DNA of 64,000 nt, taken from NCBI RefSeq assembly GCF_947581915.1, contig NZ_CANPWG010000054.1, positions 83,513 to 147,512 on the forward strand, read 5' to 3'. The position numbers were made by a program, and so were the translations under genes. This stretch comes from Candidatus Palauibacter scopulicola. GTDB taxonomy: Bacteria > Gemmatimonadota > Gemmatimonadetes > Palauibacterales > Palauibacteraceae. The notes below the pieces were generated by a model. That model searched no databases. It saw only the letters and a list, made by a program, of their open reading frames with translations, and was not told where the DNA came from. Shown here one piece after another: positions 22,692-31,873 of this stretch (its first letter is position 1; every line of letters starts with the position of its first letter).

Positions 22692-23543
22692 ATGCAAGAG
22701 CCAACCGCCGCGGCCGACCCCGGGACGCTCCACGCCGAGGAAGCGCGCGAAGGGGATGATGCCCTCGCCCGGGCCCTCGCGCTCGTCCGCTTCCTGCGCG
22801 TCCGCTGTCCCTGGGACGCGAAGCAGACGCCGCAGACGCTCCGTCCGTACCTCCTCGAGGAGGCGCACGAGGTCGCGGACGCGATCCGGGCCGGAGATGA
22901 CGCCGACCTGCAGGGGGAACTCGGCGACCTGCTCCTGAACGTCGCCTTCCAGATCGTGCTCGCCGAAGAGCGCGGTGCCTTCGCGGCCGCCGACGTCGTC
23001 GAGGCGCTGGAGGCGAAGATGGAGGCCCGCCACCCCCACGTGTACGGCGACGCGGACGCCCCGCCCGACTGGGAGTCGCTCAAGGCTGCGGAACGCGAGG
23101 CGAGCGGCGACCCCTTCCACGGGGTCTCGGGGGGACTCGATCCGCTCAGCCGCGCGGCGCGCGTGCAGGAGCGGATGGCCGGGTTCGGGTTCGACTGGCC
23201 CGACATCGCGGGACCTGTGGAAAAGGTGCGCGAAGAGACGGCGGAACTCGAGCGCGCGGCCGCCGAAGAGGCGTCCGGATCCCCGCCAGCGGCCGCGGCG
23301 CCCCGGATCGGAGAGGCGAGCCCGGAGGTCGTCGAGGAGGTCGGCGATCTGCTATTCGCGGTGGTGAACGCCTCGCGGTGGGCCGGAGTGCACCCGGCCA
23401 ACGCGCTCCTCGGCGCGGTCGAGAAATTCGAGCGCCGCTGCCGGCGCATGATCGAGCTTGCCGAGAGTCGCGGCCTCGAGTGGAAGAAGGCGGACCTCGC
23501 GACGCTCGACGCCGTGTGGGAGGAAGTGAAAGCCGCCGAATAG
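22692..23543 (+). CDS. mazG: Nucleoside triphosphate pyrophosphohydrolase MazG
   Basis: Two tandem MazG EExxE domains (LEEAHEVADAI, REETAELERAA). Confidence 0.85.
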   Translation: MQEPTAAADPGTLHAEEAREGDDALARALALVRFLRVRCPWDAKQTPQTLRPYLLEEAHEVADAIRAGDDADLQGELGDLLLNVAFQIVLAEERGAFAAADVVEALEAKMEARHPHVYGDADAPPDWESLKAAEREASGDPFHGVSGGLDPLSRAARVQERMAGFGFDWPDIAGPVEKVREETAELERAAAEEASGSPPAAAAPRIGEASPEVVEEVGDLLFAVVNASRWAGVHPANALLGAVEKFERRCRRMIELAESRGLEWKKADLATLDAVWEEVKAAE

Positions 23544-23582
23544 CGGCCGCGGCACGCCGGGACCGCTGCGGCTCGCCGCCGC

Positions 23583-24287
23583 TCAGGCGGGGTCGCGCTC
23601 GCGATCCGGCGCGCGGGCCGCGCGGGCGCGGTCCGTGAGTTCGTAGATGTTGCAGACTCGCCACCCAGTCTCGCCTTCGGCTCCGGTCCCCAGGCGCTTC
23701 ATTTCGACGGGGGCAAGGATCCTTCGGTAGGCCTCACCCTCGAAGGCATCGAGCCGGTCCCAGGCGTCGGTGAGTCCGGGACTCTCCAGCACCTTCACCG
23801 CGACCCGGTCGCCGGAACCTCCGTGGACGAACCCGGGATAGCCCTGGCGCGCCGCCCAGCCGCGGTCGTGAAGCGTGCCCTCCACCGTCCCTTCCACCCA
23901 GCGCCCGACGAGCGTCGCCACGTGGTGATGGTTGTTCTCGCCGGGAAGGAGGGACCCGTACACGGCCAGCCGCCGCTCGGGATGGTCGAGCAGGGCCTCG
24001 ATCAGCCGTTCGAGGATCGGCTCGAGGTATTCACGCAACGCCGCGGCGCCGGTCTCCGCGCCCGGTTCGGACAGCAGCGCTTCGAGTTCCGCCAGCGCTC
24101 CCGCCGCGCCCGGCCGCCGGTCCTCGCCCGGGAGAACGGCGGCCAGCTCCTCGAACCCCGCCAGCAGGGCGGCGAGGCGGGCGGAACTGTGCTCGGGCGC
24201 GAGCCGCGCGTCGTTGAGGCGGGAGAGCGCGCCCCGCAGGGGAGCCGGGTCGCGGATCGGGCCCGGCGCCGGGCCGTCCGCGGTCAC
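23583..24287 (-). CDS. Gamma-glutamylcyclotransferase (GGCT/AIG2-like) family protein with N-terminal extension
   Basis: The C-terminal AVYGSLLPGE..H motif matches the GGCT fold. The GTG start overlaps the stop of the upstream hydrolase (GTGA). The long ORF up to 25271 is read-through of non-coding or other-frame sequence. Confidence 0.55.
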   Translation of the reverse strand: MTADGPAPGPIRDPAPLRGALSRLNDARLAPEHSSARLAALLAGFEELAAVLPGEDRRPGAAGALAELEALLSEPGAETGAAALREYLEPILERLIEALLDHPERRLAVYGSLLPGENNHHHVATLVGRWVEGTVEGTLHDRGWAARQGYPGFVHGGSGDRVAVKVLESPGLTDAWDRLDAFEGEAYRRILAPVEMKRLGTGAEGETGWRVCNIYELTDRARAARAPDRERDPA

Positions 24288-25252
24288 GGCCCGTCCCGAG
24301 GCCGCTGCTGAAGGAACGCGTGCACGGCGGGCCAGAACAGCGCCGGATTCTCGATGAATGGGAAATGTCCCGACTCGTCGACCCGAATCAGATGACTGTC
24401 CGGAAGCGCGTCGTTCATCTCCCGCACCATTTCGATCGGGATCGGGTCCTGTGCCCCGTGCACGATGAGCACCGGCACCTCGATCTCGCCGAGTCGGTCC
24501 CAGAAGTCGAGCCCCTGGAGCGGCGACATGAGCAGGCTCGCGACGAGCTGACCCTGGCTCGCCGTTCTCTCGTGCAGGGAGAGACGAAGGAGGCTGTCGG
24601 CCACGCCGGCGTCCGCGAACGTCCCGCGGAAGACGTGGAAGAAGACCTGGCTGATGGCCTCCGTCTCGCGCGCCGCGAACGCCGGCGTCCCCCGGATCGA
24701 GTCGATGGCCGCGAGGTCGGCCGAGTCCCGCCTCGCCAACTGGTTCTCGTCGGTCCGTTCCCGGTATCGGCTGCCCGGCTCGACGGGCGCGACGAGGATG
24801 AGCGCCGCGAGCCGCTCGGGCCGCTCGATGGCGTAGAGGAGGGCCGGAATCGCTCCCCACGAGTGCGCGAGCAGCGTGACCTTCTCGCGTTGCGCCACGC
24901 GTTCGCGGATCCGATCGATATCGGTCAGGTAGCGCTCCATCGAGAGACTCGCCGCGTTCACCACGGCCCTCGACGCCCCGAGGCCCCGCTGATCGTAGAA
25001 GACGACCCGGTGCGTTTCGGCCAGCGGGTCGAACCACGGACGAAGGTAGGAGTGGTCGAGGCCCGGACCGCCGTGTACGACGACGACGGGCTCTCCGACG
25101 CCGACCGTCTGGTAGAAGAGTTCCGCCTCGAAGACGGAGAGCGAGCCCGCTCGGGTCGGCGGACCCGTTTCGGAGGCGGGGGCGTCGCACCCCGCCGTGA
25201 GGGCTGCGAGGACGGCGAGGCCGAAGACGGCGGGCGCGCGGGGGCCGGTCAG
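24284..25252 (-). CDS. Alpha/beta hydrolase lipoprotein (proline iminopeptidase-like fold)
   Basis: HGGPG oxyanion motif and nucleophile elbow LAHSWGA. The frame is open upstream of the called GTG at 24964, through a lipoprotein signal (AVFGLAVLAALTAGC). There is no ATG/GTG/TTG in frame, so the only candidate start is CTG at 25252, overlapping the MOSC stop (CTGA). Confidence 0.6.
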   Translation of the reverse strand: MTGPRAPAVFGLAVLAALTAGCDAPASETGPPTRAGSLSVFEAELFYQTVGVGEPVVVVHGGPGLDHSYLRPWFDPLAETHRVVFYDQRGLGASRAVVNAASLSMERYLTDIDRIRERVAQREKVTLLAHSWGAIPALLYAIERPERLAALILVAPVEPGSRYRERTDENQLARRDSADLAAIDSIRGTPAFAARETEAISQVFFHVFRGTFADAGVADSLLRLSLHERTASQGQLVASLLMSPLQGLDFWDRLGEIEVPVLIVHGAQDPIPIEMVREMNDALPDSHLIRVDESGHFPFIENPALFWPAVHAFLQQRPRDGP

Positions 25253-25734
25253 GATTCCCAGGCCACCGCATCGCCGAGGGCGAGGGGGCCGCCCTCGATC
25301 ACCATCCCGTACGCGCCGCCCCGCCAGTCGGGCGCCAGCGCCGCCTTCAGGCCGGGCGCCGCGTCCTCCATGCGCGCGCAGGGCAGCGTCTCGCCCCGAA
25401 TGCGGATGCGGCAGCCCGCGATCCGCAGCACCCGGTTCGCCGTCTCCGAGAAGTCGACGCCCCGCACGAGCAGGTTGGCCCGGCGGGCATCGGGGGCCAG
25501 ATCGACGCCGACCTCCCGCGTCGCCGTCTCCCAGGCGTCCGCGTCGAGGAGCGTCACCTGCCGGTAGCCGCCGCGGTCGACGTTCCCTTCCAGCCCCTTC
25601 CCCGCGACGAGGGTGGCTTCCGGCACCGGCTCCATGGGGCCCTTCCGCGCCGACTTGAGCCAGATCGCCTCGAGCCGCGCCGGGCCGGAGCCCGCGGACC
25701 CGGAGCCCGCCGACCCCGGGGTGGACTCAGCCAT
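25249..25734 (-). CDS. MOSC domain protein
   Basis: MOSC beta-barrel signature (YRQVTLLDADAWE, ANLLVRGVD, conserved Cys in LPCARM). Confidence 0.65.
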   Translation of the reverse strand: MAESTPGSAGSGSAGSGPARLEAIWLKSARKGPMEPVPEATLVAGKGLEGNVDRGGYRQVTLLDADAWETATREVGVDLAPDARRANLLVRGVDFSETANRVLRIAGCRIRIRGETLPCARMEDAAPGLKAALAPDWRGGAYGMVIEGGPLALGDAVAWES

Positions 25735-26413
25735 CGGTCACCTCCAGCGAGGAGAAGTGCAGGTTGAGGCCGTGGTTGACCCTCAGTCCCACGACGCCAT
25801 CGACGTGCTGCCCCGCTCTCGCCGTCCGGAACACCTCCTGCTCGTTCACGCCGAAGATCACGTCGTCGCCCTCGGCCTCCACGAAGAGGATGTTCTTCGC
25901 CGTCGCCGCGCCCTCGCCCCGCGCCGCCCAGGTGACGACCGCCTCGTGCTTCGTCCAGTCGAGGAGCGTGGACGTCTCGCCGCCATCCCGGCGCTTCACG
26001 ATCACGCTCCCGTCCGCCCGGATGAGGAGGTAGGTGTAGGCCTGGCCGTCTCCCTCCAGCTCCGCGCCGCCGATGAAAACGCCGAACCCTTCGTTCCGGC
26101 CCTCGGGGTCGAACAGGAAGACGGTGGACTCGACGCGAAAGTCGCCGTCGGCCCGGGTCTCGGGATCGTAGAAGATGCCGGCCGGCCCCGTGGTGACGTG
26201 CCAGCCGGGCGGCATCTCCTGGAGGGCTTCCACCCCGTCCCCCCCGTGGTCGGTGCGGGCGAGCCAGCCCTCGGGCGGGGGCAGCTTGTCTTCCTGGGCG
26301 GCGGCGGCGAGAGGAAGCAGAGCCAGGCCTGCGATGGCCAGGCGCCACGCGGCGCCCGCGACGCGCTCCTCGCGGAAGCGCAGATTCGAATGAGACGGCA
26401 TGTTCGGCGTCAC
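25727..26413 (-). CDS. Secreted hypothetical protein, possibly DUF1080/concanavalin-like
   Basis: Signal peptide ending PLAAAAQE and a roughly 190-aa beta-rich body. The family assignment is tentative. Confidence 0.4.
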   Translation of the reverse strand: MTPNMPSHSNLRFREERVAGAAWRLAIAGLALLPLAAAAQEDKLPPPEGWLARTDHGGDGVEALQEMPPGWHVTTGPAGIFYDPETRADGDFRVESTVFLFDPEGRNEGFGVFIGGAELEGDGQAYTYLLIRADGSVIVKRRDGGETSTLLDWTKHEAVVTWAARGEGAATAKNILFVEAEGDDVIFGVNEQEVFRTARAGQHVDGVVGLRVNHGLNLHFSSLEVTDG

Positions 26414-26453
26414 TCCGGTTTCAGGTCCAAAGCCCGCGTGGGCGGCATGATAG

Positions 26454-27368
26454 TCACTCCGGCGGCGACTCGCAGGACTCGCAGCGCGTGAGCCGGAGCG
26501 TGACGACTTCGGGCGGCACGAGGAAGCGCACGCCGAGCCGGCTCGTCCCCACGCCGCTCGTCACGAAGAGGTGTCGTCCGTCCTCGACCACATGACCCGC
26601 CGCGTACCGGTCCCCGAAGCGGGAGGGGGTGATCCGGGGACCCACGAACGGGATGACCACCTGCCCCCCGTGCGTGTGCCCCGCCAGCGTCAGGGAGGCC
26701 CGCGCCGGCACCTCGGGAAAGATGTCCGGGTTGTGCGTGACGACGAGTACGGGCTCCCCGGGGCGGGCCCCGTCGAGGGCATCCTCGATCGACGGGTGGC
26801 CCGTCCAGAAGTCCGCCACGCCCGCGATCCAGACGTCGTGGCCTCGCACGCGCGCCCGCCGACCCTCGTTGTCGAGCACCGTGATGCCCGCGCCGGAGAG
26901 CGCCTTTTCCGCGCGCTCGGCGGACAGCCAGCGGTCGTGGTTGCCGAGCACCGCGAACACGCCGTAGCGGGCGTCCAGCGCGGCGAGGTCCTCGGCGATC
27001 TCCTCCGGCGGCACGAACCGGCCGCCCACGACGTTGTCGATCGTCAGGTCGCCGGCGATGAGAACGAGATCCGGGAGCGTCTCGTTCACCCGTCGCACGA
27101 CGCGACGCAAGTTGTCCCGGCCGTTCCGCGGCGAGCCCACGTGCAGGTCGGCGATCAGGGCGATGCGGGTCTCCTCCCCCTCGGGCCATCCCGGCACCTC
27201 GAGGTCGGTCCGGTTGACGACGAGCCGGCCGGGCTCCCACCAGAACGCCCACGCGGCGAGCAGGACCGCGATCGCGAGGAGGATCAGGAGCATCCAGCCC
27301 GTCCAGCCGGGACGCGGTCGCCGCAGCGCTATGATCCGTCGTCCCCGGACCCCCTCCCGCCGATCCAT
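26454..27368 (-). CDS. Membrane-anchored metallophosphoesterase (YkuE-like)
   Basis: Calcineurin-like motifs ADLHVG, GDLT, GNHD and GHTHGGQ, with an N-terminal TM anchor. The start may be the internal Met at 27293, which removes the 40-nt overlap with the DUF885 gene. Confidence 0.7.
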   Translation of the reverse strand: MDRREGVRGRRIIALRRPRPGWTGWMLLILLAIAVLLAAWAFWWEPGRLVVNRTDLEVPGWPEGEETRIALIADLHVGSPRNGRDNLRRVVRRVNETLPDLVLIAGDLTIDNVVGGRFVPPEEIAEDLAALDARYGVFAVLGNHDRWLSAERAEKALSGAGITVLDNEGRRARVRGHDVWIAGVADFWTGHPSIEDALDGARPGEPVLVVTHNPDIFPEVPARASLTLAGHTHGGQVVIPFVGPRITPSRFGDRYAAGHVVEDGRHLFVTSGVGTSRLGVRFLVPPEVVTLRLTRCESCESPPE

Positions 27369-29125
27369 GCATCGACCTGCCCTTCGAGCACGACCATGGG
27401 CACGGACCCGGTGCGGAGCACGACATCATGGAAGCCGCGGAGGTCGAAGCCGTCGCCGAGCGCGTCCTCGGCCCGGGCCCGCAGTTCGAGCAGCTTCCGC
27501 TTCCCCATCTGGTAGGCGAGCGCCTGCCCCGGCAGGTCCGTGGAATAGCGTAGCGACTCCGTCGCGATCTGGGTCTCCGATTCGAGCGTGTTCTCGCGCA
27601 TGAACCGCCGCGCCTCCTCCCTCGTCCAGCCGAAATGGTTCATCCCCGGATCCACCACGAGCCGGGTCGCGAGAAAGCTCTCCAGGATGTAGAAGCCGTA
27701 CTCGCTGTACAGGTCCTCGTACACGCCGGCCTCGAAGCCGAGGTAGGAGGCGTAGGACCCCCATCCCTCCGTGTAGGCCGTGTACGACGTGTTGCGCCGG
27801 TAGTCCGGCAGCGTCCCGCTCTCGCGCTGGCCCGCGATCTGGAAGTGGTGGCCGGGGATCAGCTCGTGGAGCGAGATCGACGCAAGTCCGAGCCAGCTCC
27901 GCTGGTCCAGGTTCGAGCCGTTGTAGTAGTAGATGCCGGTCGGCTCGGCCGCGGTCGGCGCCGAGTAGTAGCCGTACGTCATCGCCGGCTCGAGTTCGGG
28001 CGCCAGCCGCCTCGCATCCCACGGGGCTTCGGGGACGCCGGGGAAGTAGGCGTCGATGCGCTCGAGCATCCGGGTCGACGCGGCCAGCAGGCGCTCGCGC
28101 ACCTCTTCGTGGGACGCCGGGAAATAGCGCGGGTCCGTCTTCAGGTGCTCGTGGAATTCCTCCGCGCTCCCCTCCCAGCCGAGGCGGTCGCGGATCTCGG
28201 CCATGCGCGCCCGAAACTCGGCGAGGAGTTCGTGCCCGGCCGCCTGCACCTCCTCCGGCGTGACCTCCATCGTCGTGTGGAGGCGGGTGAGATAGAGGTA
28301 GTACTCGCGCCCCTCGGGATACTGCGAGAGGCCGACCCCGGCCGGCGCGCGCGCCGCGTACGGCCCCTCGAGGAAGGCGGCGAGTTCCTCGAGCACCGGG
28401 TTGATGGAATCGCGCACGATGTCGCCGATGCGGGCCCTCGCCTCCGCGACGCGGGCGGGGTCCAGCCCGGAGGCGCGACCCACGGGGAGCGCGAACGGAC
28501 CGTCCTCCGCTTCGCCCGCCGTCGCCCGCACGAGCTGGACGACGGGCGTCAGGTTCTGGCTCGACACGATGAAGTCGCGCTCGAACTGCCCCCGTACGTA
28601 GTCCTCGAGGTCCCGCACATGGGACGGCACCTGCTCCACGAGCGCCACGAAACGGTCGAGATCCTCGTCATCCTCGAGCGGGAGGAGCGGGAAGATCTGG
28701 CTGTAGCTGCGCAGGACGCTCGAATACGGGGTGAGGACGCTCCGGAGCCAGAAGTACCGGTGCCCCTCGACGGCCATCTCCGCCTGCCAGACCAGGGTTT
28801 CCAGCGTGACGCGCTCATCGGCCGAGAGCGCCGCCGCGTCGATGGCGAGGGCGCGCTCGAGCTGCCGCTGGGAGAACGCCGCCCGCTCCTCCGCCGCCTC
28901 GTAGTCGAGCGCGGGGAGCCGCTCCACGTCCACCCCCTCGCGCAGGCGGACGAAGGGATTCGTCTCCAGATCCCGGACCCAAGCCGAGTCCAGCAGCGCC
29001 GCCAGTTGCGCCGAAGCACGCGCGGACCGGCCCTCTCCCCCGCGCTCGTCGACGGGGGCACCGCAAGCGGCCGTCCAAACGACCAGCCATACCGGGATTC
29101 CTGCGGCGTGTTGGCGGCCTCGCAT
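27329..29125 (-). CDS. DUF885 family lipoprotein (putative metallopeptidase-like)
   Basis: Lipobox VWTAACG. Carries the conserved HELIPGHHFQ segment characteristic of DUF885. Confidence 0.65.
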   Translation of the reverse strand: MRGRQHAAGIPVWLVVWTAACGAPVDERGGEGRSARASAQLAALLDSAWVRDLETNPFVRLREGVDVERLPALDYEAAEERAAFSQRQLERALAIDAAALSADERVTLETLVWQAEMAVEGHRYFWLRSVLTPYSSVLRSYSQIFPLLPLEDDEDLDRFVALVEQVPSHVRDLEDYVRGQFERDFIVSSQNLTPVVQLVRATAGEAEDGPFALPVGRASGLDPARVAEARARIGDIVRDSINPVLEELAAFLEGPYAARAPAGVGLSQYPEGREYYLYLTRLHTTMEVTPEEVQAAGHELLAEFRARMAEIRDRLGWEGSAEEFHEHLKTDPRYFPASHEEVRERLLAASTRMLERIDAYFPGVPEAPWDARRLAPELEPAMTYGYYSAPTAAEPTGIYYYNGSNLDQRSWLGLASISLHELIPGHHFQIAGQRESGTLPDYRRNTSYTAYTEGWGSYASYLGFEAGVYEDLYSEYGFYILESFLATRLVVDPGMNHFGWTREEARRFMRENTLESETQIATESLRYSTDLPGQALAYQMGKRKLLELRARAEDALGDGFDLRGFHDVVLRTGSVPMVVLEGQVDAWIGGRGSGDDGS

Positions 29126-29130
29126 GGTTC

Positions 29131-29961
29131 CTACCCGGCCAGGCGCGCGCGACCTTCGCGCCAGTCGACACCCAGATGCACGATATCGATGATGTCCAAT
29201 TCGTCGACCATGTGGAGCGCCCGATCAAGGAGATGTCGTCGTGTCGTCCGCTCGCCCCTTCCGGCCGACGCGAGCACGATCAGATCCACGCGTTCTTCCT
29301 GATCCAGATTCTGAACCATTTCAATCAATCGCCGGTACGTCGGGGATGTCTGTACCAGGTTCTTGGCAAGATCTCGGTGTTCGTGGCTGATGATCCGGGG
29401 TCTCTCTGTTGATGCCGACGAGAAAGTGTCCTTCAGGACACTGTCCCATGTGGCCATGAAGCGATCCCACGCTTCGATCAGTTCCTCCACCTTCGCCGAG
29501 CTGATGATGAACCGAACACCAGCCGCTTCGATCCGGGCCATCGCTTTCTCGTCCTCAAGAGTGACGGCAGTCACGGCAGGGGCCCACCGCGTTACGATAT
29601 TCGGCAGTCTTCGATCCGACGTGACGAGAATCGAGTCCGTCAGCTTTGCGCATGCGATGTAGAAGCAGTCGTACACAGGGTGACCGGCCTCCAGAGCGAT
29701 CTTCGCCGCTTCCCGAACCAGTTCCGCGCCGGGGAGAAGCGCGACGGCTTCCGACATCCGGGCGACTTCGTCGACGAACGCTTGCGCCGAGGCGATCTCT
29801 CCGCGGCGATGCTTCTTCCAGATCACGTTGGCGCATTCGGGTAAGATGAGGTCCGGTGCGTGCCGTTCGATTCGTGGTCCGGTCAACGTGAGGGCTTCGG
29901 GGCGGCCGTCCTCCTCGACGAACCATTTCACCGCGACGCTCGCGTCCACGGTGACCCTCAC
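29131..29961 (-). CDS. PIN-domain (VapC-like) nuclease fused to an uncharacterised roughly 145-aa C-terminal domain
   Basis: The N-terminal 125 aa carry the PIN acidic tetrad in context (VTVDASV, LPECANV, VYDCFYIA, VTSDRRL). The GTG start overlaps the antitoxin stop (GTGA). Confidence 0.65.
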   Translation of the reverse strand: MRVTVDASVAVKWFVEEDGRPEALTLTGPRIERHAPDLILPECANVIWKKHRRGEIASAQAFVDEVARMSEAVALLPGAELVREAAKIALEAGHPVYDCFYIACAKLTDSILVTSDRRLPNIVTRWAPAVTAVTLEDEKAMARIEAAGVRFIISSAKVEELIEAWDRFMATWDSVLKDTFSSASTERPRIISHEHRDLAKNLVQTSPTYRRLIEMVQNLDQEERVDLIVLASAGRGERTTRRHLLDRALHMVDELDIIDIVHLGVDWREGRARLAG

Positions 29962-30194
29962 CGGGCTCGGTCCTCCCTGATCAGAGCCGCACTGTCCGTC
30001 TGCCGCGTGCCGATCGTCGTCGCCGCCAGCTCATCGGCCCGCGCGAAGAATTCAGCCGCGCGGCGAGGTCCCGACACTTCTCGCTTGAGCACATGCCGAA
30101 TCTCGCCCTCAAGCGAGCGTTCGTTCTGTCTCGCCTGCGCCTTAAGCCGCGCGATCACACTGTCGTCCAGGTTCCTTACGGTCAGATTCCCCAT
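29958..30194 (-). CDS. RHH (FitA/VapB-like) antitoxin
   Basis: MGNLTVRNLDDSVIARLKAQARQNERSLEGEIRHVL is a ribbon-helix-helix motif. The ATG at 30194 is preceded by GGAGGAGG. The ORF-track start at 30218 is read from the SD itself. Confidence 0.65.
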   Translation of the reverse strand: MGNLTVRNLDDSVIARLKAQARQNERSLEGEIRHVLKREVSGPRRAAEFFARADELAATTIGTRQTDSAALIREDRAR

Positions 30195-30269
30195 GTTCGA
30201 CCTCCTCCGATTCCGCATCCGCTATCATGATGATAGCATAACGCAAGCGGACGTCAACCGAGGTGAGCA

Positions 30270-30926
30270 TCAGGGGCCTCCGGATTCGAGTTGTGGAACC
30301 TCCTCGGGCTCGTCCTCGCGGGAGCCGAAGCGGATGAGGAGGCCGCCGATGGCCGAGGTTAGGATCCAGCAGAGCAGGGCCAACGCGAACCCCTCGGGCC
30401 CGAGTCCGGCGGCGATGATCAGTGTCGACACGAACCAGAGGGTGAAGTTCTGGAGCTGAAAGTCGAGCTGGCTGCCGCGCTTCATGGCCTGCACGGCGCG
30501 CAGGATGAGATAGATCGCCGTGGCGCCGGATGCCGCGATGGCGCCCTCCAGACCGCCCGCGAAGAGGAATCCGAAGGCTACGCCGACGGCCCCGCCCGCG
30601 ATGATGCGTCCGGGAGAGGGGGAGGCGGGGTTTCGCGCGCGCGTCGTGGGGACCGCCGGCGGTGGCGGCGCGGCAGCCGGAACCAGCATCTGCTCCGTGA
30701 CCAGTTCCGCGATCGCGGTCCTCGTCGCGCGCGGATCGATCCCGGCCTCGCCGGCGATGCGCTCCAACTCCTCGACGGTCATCGAATCGCCGCGGGCGTC
30801 GATCTCGGCCGCCCGCTTCAGAATCTGCGAGACCTGGGCCGCGGTCAGCGTCGCCGGGGGGTCGCGGGCGGGCGGTTCGCGGGCAGGCGGTTCGTCGGGG
30901 GCGGGCGGCTCGGTCATGTCGTTCAT
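30270..30926 (-). CDS. Hypothetical membrane protein (Pro-rich N-terminus, helical soluble domain, 3-4 C-terminal TM helices)
   Basis: The ATG at 30926 overlaps the dehydratase stop (ATGA). The longer ORF up to 31664 is an other-frame artefact through the dehydratase gene. Confidence 0.5.
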   Translation of the reverse strand: MNDMTEPPAPDEPPAREPPARDPPATLTAAQVSQILKRAAEIDARGDSMTVEELERIAGEAGIDPRATRTAIAELVTEQMLVPAAAPPPPAVPTTRARNPASPSPGRIIAGGAVGVAFGFLFAGGLEGAIAASGATAIYLILRAVQAMKRGSQLDFQLQNFTLWFVSTLIIAAGLGPEGFALALLCWILTSAIGGLLIRFGSREDEPEEVPQLESGGP

Positions 30927-31873
30927 GGCACGTCGCCCGCAAGAATGGTGGCCAGGGTGGACGGATCCAGATTCCCTCCGGATACGATACAGACAATTCT
31001 GTCCCCCTTCACCCCGCCCGACAGGGCGGCCGCGACGGAGGAGGCCCCCGCACCCTCGGCGACCACGCGGTTGCGGGCCGCGAGCAGCCGGATCGCGGCC
31101 GCGGTGTCTTCGAGCGTGATCTCGACGGAGCCCGCGAGGAGATCCCGCGCCAGTTCCCACATTGCGGGTTCCACGTGCGGGCCCCCGATGCCGTCGACGA
31201 ACGAGGGCGTGTAGGAGATCGAGACGGCCCGCCCCGCGCGCAACGACTCGGCGAGCGGGGCCTGACCCGCGACCTCGGATGCGAAGACGGGAACGTCCGG
31301 CGCGACTGCCCTCATGCCGGCCGCGATCCCGCACGCGAGCCCGCCTCCCCCGAAGGGGACGATTACAGCGTCGATGTCGGGGAGGTCCTCGACCAGTTCG
31401 AGCGCGATCGTGCCGTTCCCCGCCATCACGTCGCGGTCCATAAAGGCGTGGACGAACCGCCCATCCATCCCTTCGAAGCGCTGGGTGCGGAAGACCTCGA
31501 ACCAGGAGGCGACGGAGGTCTTCACGGCCGTCCCGCCGAGCCGGGCGATCGCGTCCAGCTTGAGCCGCGGCGCCGTCTCCGGGACGACGACCGAGCACGG
31601 GACGCCGAGACGCCGCGCGTTCCAGGCGACGCCCTGCGCCATGTTCCCCGCGCTCGCCGTCCACACCCCCGCCGCCAACTCCGCGGGCGGAATCAGGCCG
31701 ATCGCGTTCGCCGCCCCCCGGATCTTGAACGAGCCGATCGGCTGCAGGTTTTCGAGCTTGAGCCAGATCTCGGGCCCCTCGTCGACGCCGAGGCGGATGA
31801 GCGGCGAGCGGAGGGCCGCCGCGTAGACGCGGTCCCGCGCCGCCTCGATCTCCGGCAGGCCGGGAGGTTTCAC
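30923..31873 (-). CDS. PLP-dependent serine/threonine dehydratase family protein
   Basis: PLP-Lys motif SFKIRGA, Gly-rich loop GGGGL, 316 aa. Overlaps both neighbours by 4 nt. Confidence 0.8.
   Translation of the reverse strand: MKPPGLPEIEAARDRVYAAALRSPLIRLGVDEGPEIWLKLENLQPIGSFKIRGAANAIGLIPPAELAAGVWTASAGNMAQGVAWNARRLGVPCSVVVPETAPRLKLDAIARLGGTAVKTSVASWFEVFRTQRFEGMDGRFVHAFMDRDVMAGNGTIALELVEDLPDIDAVIVPFGGGGLACGIAAGMRAVAPDVPVFASEVAGQAPLAESLRAGRAVSISYTPSFVDGIGGPHVEPAMWELARDLLAGSVEITLEDTAAAIRLLAARNRVVAEGAGASSVAAALSGGVKGDRIVCIVSGGNLDPSTLATILAGDVP

Noticed and set aside
23583-25271. 562-aa ORF extending the GGCT-like gene across the alpha/beta-hydrolase gene
   Set aside because: The N-terminal roughly 330 residues are low-complexity and lie over the hydrolase gene in another frame. 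The GGCT-like protein starts at the GTG overlapping the hydrolase stop.
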